Shown here piece by piece: positions 60,471-64,000 of a stretch of 64,000 nt of DNA. The position numbers and the translations under genes are program-made. Origin of the DNA: Podarcis muralis (Eukaryota). The notes under the pieces were generated by a model. That model saw only the letters and a list, made by a program, of their open reading frames with translations. It had not been told where the DNA came from and made no database searches. The stretch covers positions 62,496,001 through 62,560,000 of the forward strand of contig NC_135658.1 in assembly GCF_964188315.1 (NCBI RefSeq), given 5' to 3'. Each line of letters starts with the position of its first letter. Position 1 is the stretch's first letter.

Positions 60471-61878
60471 GTTGTTTCCTGTATATGCATGTGTAATGCA
60501 GTCATGATAACTGAAGCATGAGCTGAAAGATTTTAACCAAATTCAGTGTGTACTGTGCAGGGCTTTTGCAGTACCAGTGTTGGGCTAGAAATTATTATTT
60601 GTTTATTATTTTGGAATTTTGTCACATATGTCTTCAACAAACTGCTTGACTGAGGTGAAATTTCAAACACAAGAGCTTAACTTCTGTACTGGTGTTGTGA
60701 CATAAAAATACGTATATGAATATTATGTACTTGAAAACGCTCAATATGACCCCTGTACAGTGGGAGGCCTTGTAGTGTCCAGTCTCTGCAGCACTGTGTT
60801 CTGTGCACAGCCAGGCTTCCTGGTCCAAGCTAAATGTTCTATTGACAGCATAGCATTGAATTACATGTACTGGTTGACTGATATAGTCAAAAGCCTGATA
60901 ACTGTAAATGCAAAACATTGCAAAACTTGCACCACAATCTTTGTATTGCTATGCAGGAGCTTACTTTAAAAAGAAAAAGCCACTGTTTCTGTGTCTTAAA
61001 ACAGGGGTTTTTTTGGTATTTATTTTCCTCCAGAACCAATTTAGAAATTCCATGCTTAAAAGAGGTAAGCAGTGAGCAGTATCAGGGAAGGAAGAAGGGA
61101 GGAAGGTGCTGACAAAAAGAAAATTGATAGACATTTTTATATTTCAGATTTCCATTTTTACTCATATAAAAAAGGCAGAATATGAAGGAAATCCATCGAT
61201 TTCTATCAGTCCTCAGTCTTATTTTCATGAATTCATATCTCTCATTTTAAAATTAATCCAGTTCTTGATATGAATTAAATGCACCAAATAGAGAAAAACT
61301 ATACAAAAGGAATGAAAAATGTCACTGCTGGTTCCAATCTCTTTTCTGTATTCAAACAATTACCATGTATTATCAACCTCCCAACAGAAGAGCAAACTAA
61401 TATGTGATATTGTTTTGCTATCCTATACCCAGGAGAAGTAAAAGTGAATACTGGGAGAAACACATAAAAGGTATTATTTTAAATATTATAATACATTTTA
61501 GATATCTTCTCTCTTTAATAAGAAAGTGTGGGGGAAATTTCCCAATATTTTGGGAAATTAGAACTAAAGAAAGGGGATTAAAAACATAAAGTTTGCTGAG
61601 AGTAAATCAATTAAATGATTTTTGTTTATTATGATTTTAAATGCAACTAAATTAAGGAATGTACAGGATATGCTTTATATCCCTCCTTTATTAGCACTGT
61701 AGGTATAATTTAAAAGTTTACAGTATTCTACTGTTTCAGAAAATAAAAACTACCAAGCCATATCAGAGCAAAGGGCAGTGAAGTTTACACTATCTACAGA
61801 CCAGGCGTTCCACCCTGTTTCTGCATTAATTTATCAAAATAAAATAAAAACGGCATATAAATAAAATTAAAAATTGCA

Positions 61879-62828
61879 TATAACTGGATATGGAACAACT
61901 GATTCGTTCAAAATTGGGAAAGGAGTACGGCAAGGCTGTATATTGTCCCCCTGCTTATTTAACTTATATGCAAAATTCATCATGCAAAAGGCTGGGCTGG
62001 ATGAATCCCAAGCTGGAATTAAGATCGCCAGAAGAAATATCAACAACCTCAGATATGCAGATGACACAACCTTGATGGCAGAAAGTGAGGAGGAATTAAA
62101 GAACCTTTTAATGAGGGTGAAAGAAGAGAGCGCAAAATATGGTCTGAAGCTCAACATCAAAAAAACGAAGATCATGGCCACTGGTCCCATCACCTCCTGG
62201 CAAATAGAAGGGGAAGAAATGGAGGCAGTGAGAGATTTTACTTTCTTGGGCTCCATGATCACTGCAGATGGTGACAGCAGTCACAAAATTAAAAGACGCC
62301 TGCTCCTTGGGAGAAAGGCGATGGCAAACTTACGACAGCATCTTAAAAAGCAGAGACATCACCTTACCAACAAAGGCCCGTATAGTTAAAGCCATGGTTT
62401 TCCCAGTAGTGATGTATGGAAGTGAGAGCTGGACCATAAAGAAGGCTGATCGCCGAAGAATTGATGCTTTTGAATTATGGTGCTGGAGGAGACTCTTGAG
62501 AGTCCCATGGACTGCAAGAAGATCAAATGGATCCATTCTGAAGGAAATCAGCCCTGAGTGCTCACTGGAAGGACAGATTGTGAAGCTGAGGCTCCAATAC
62601 TTTGGCCACCTCATGAGAAGAGAAGACTCCCTGGAAAAGACCCTGATGCTGGGAAAGATGGAGGGCACAAGGAGAAGGGGACGACAGAGGACGAGATGGC
62701 TGGACAGTGTTCTCAAAGCTACAAACATGAGTCTGACCAAACTGTGGAAGGCAGTGGAAGACAGGAGTGCCTGGCGTGCTCTGGTCCATGGGGTCACGAA
62801 GAGTCGGACACGACTAAACGACTAAACA
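61879..62828 (+). mobile_element. Bov-B (RTE clade) LINE, 5'-truncated, with RT domain
   Basis: GVRQGCILSPCLFNLY and NNLRYADDTTL motifs; one frameshift near 62330; ends HGVTKSRTRLND with ACTAAAC tail. Confidence 0.96.
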
Positions 62829-63111
62829 AAAAAACACAAACATATTTAAATAACTAGGTTTAAATGCATTTTCTTTCAAACTAAGACTTTCTCAATGTAT
62901 TTTTCTTTAAAATGTTCTAATGTATTTTGGCACTTTTTAAAAGCTGAGATATATGGTGGCATATTCAGGCAGTGCAAAAGCAAGTGGATAACTAAGTGCT
63001 CTTGTGCATGTTAGTCTGGGACCTGTGGATACGTTTATGGTGGAATTCACAAAGATGAAATTCCTCAAGTATCCCTAAGGTCTGTCAAGATAAGTTCACA
63101 AGCATAACACA

Positions 63112-63148
63112 AGAGAGAGAGAGAGAGAGAGAAAGCAAGAAACACACA

Positions 63149-63186
<38 letters not shown>
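63112..63186. repeat. Compound microsatellite (GA)n-(CA)n-(GA)n
   Basis: Directly visible. Confidence 0.95.
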
Positions 63187-64000
63187 ATATCTTATGGTTT
63201 ACTCCAAGAATCTCATAATCACAGCAGTGTCTTTCTCAGCTTTCAGAGAGCTGAAGCCAATGTCAGCAGACAGAACTTTCACAATCTTTTTTTAAAAAAA
63301 TATCTTACGACTATCATTATGTATTGTGCCAATTGATTTCACAGGTCAATTTTAGCATTCAGACTAACTTAATAAAATACTAGTTTATTCACAATTAACT
63401 CCAATATTTATTAAAAAGAGGAACATATAAATAAATCCTCTTCAGATGTTCTTGGTTCTGGGTTAAGTAAATTTGTGTGTTGTGGTATATGGGCAGAAGG
63501 ATGAGCGTAATAGTTCCCCTCAATCACTGTTCTGATCACATTTAATAAGTTGGAATACAATCTTCTGAAATGGGAAGCCTTCAGCACTTTAAGAAAATGA
63601 AGTTTCTAAAATATGTGCAGTCCTCTATTACCTACTTCAGATGGTCATCGTCCGGTTTGTATAGAGTAACAAGAACAACAATGATGATTGGAAGTGGATC
63701 TAACATGTTCATCCATAAAGCACTCCCTCACACGTGATTACTTAACACAGAAACAGAGTACCTGCAGAGATATTCTGGTTACAATCTAGTGAAAAAGCTC
63801 CATGTCTTCAGTGATGGTTTGTTACTCTGACTTTGCATTATAATTTTCTTTTTCTTTTTCAAAATCATTGTACTAATATTCATCAGTTCAGAGAAACCAC
63901 TATTATCGTCTTACTACGGTTTTTTTGCGTTAAGCATATTGTGTGTGTGTGTGTATTGTGACAAAGTGTCATTGAAAAACCTAAGTAATTCACTTAATCA

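Overview
Vertebrate genomic DNA, AT-rich outside repeats. The repeat set (Sauria/Squam1 SINEs, Squam2- and Squam3-like SINEs, Bov-B, CR1 and L2 LINE fragments) points to a squamate, most likely a lacertid lizard. I recognise no host protein-coding gene, rRNA or intact tRNA, so the window reads as intronic or intergenic. The only ORFs with identifiable products are decayed LINE reverse-transcriptase fragments, and a few splice-site-bounded frames are listed only as low-confidence candidate exons. Content: pogo/Tigger-like and mariner-like MITEs with TA target duplications, hAT MITEs with 8-bp TSDs, five solo-LTR-like elements, nested insertions, microsatellites, a 171-bp tandem duplication and a 165-N gap. 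The most unusual structure is at 13582-14391: a TIR-bounded mosaic of a MITE left end, a 193-bp exact copy of 20091-20283 and a 552-bp copy of 52454-53005, joined through a 6-bp CCAACT microhomology. It looks like transposon gap repair capturing local host DNA. Also notable: two diverged solo LTRs with shared secondary-structure architecture and possible CGCG targets, a dense ZEB-type E-box cluster, a CpG-preserving bZIP motif cluster, a candidate recursive splice site and two pre-miRNA-sized hairpins. All alignments and counts were done by eye.
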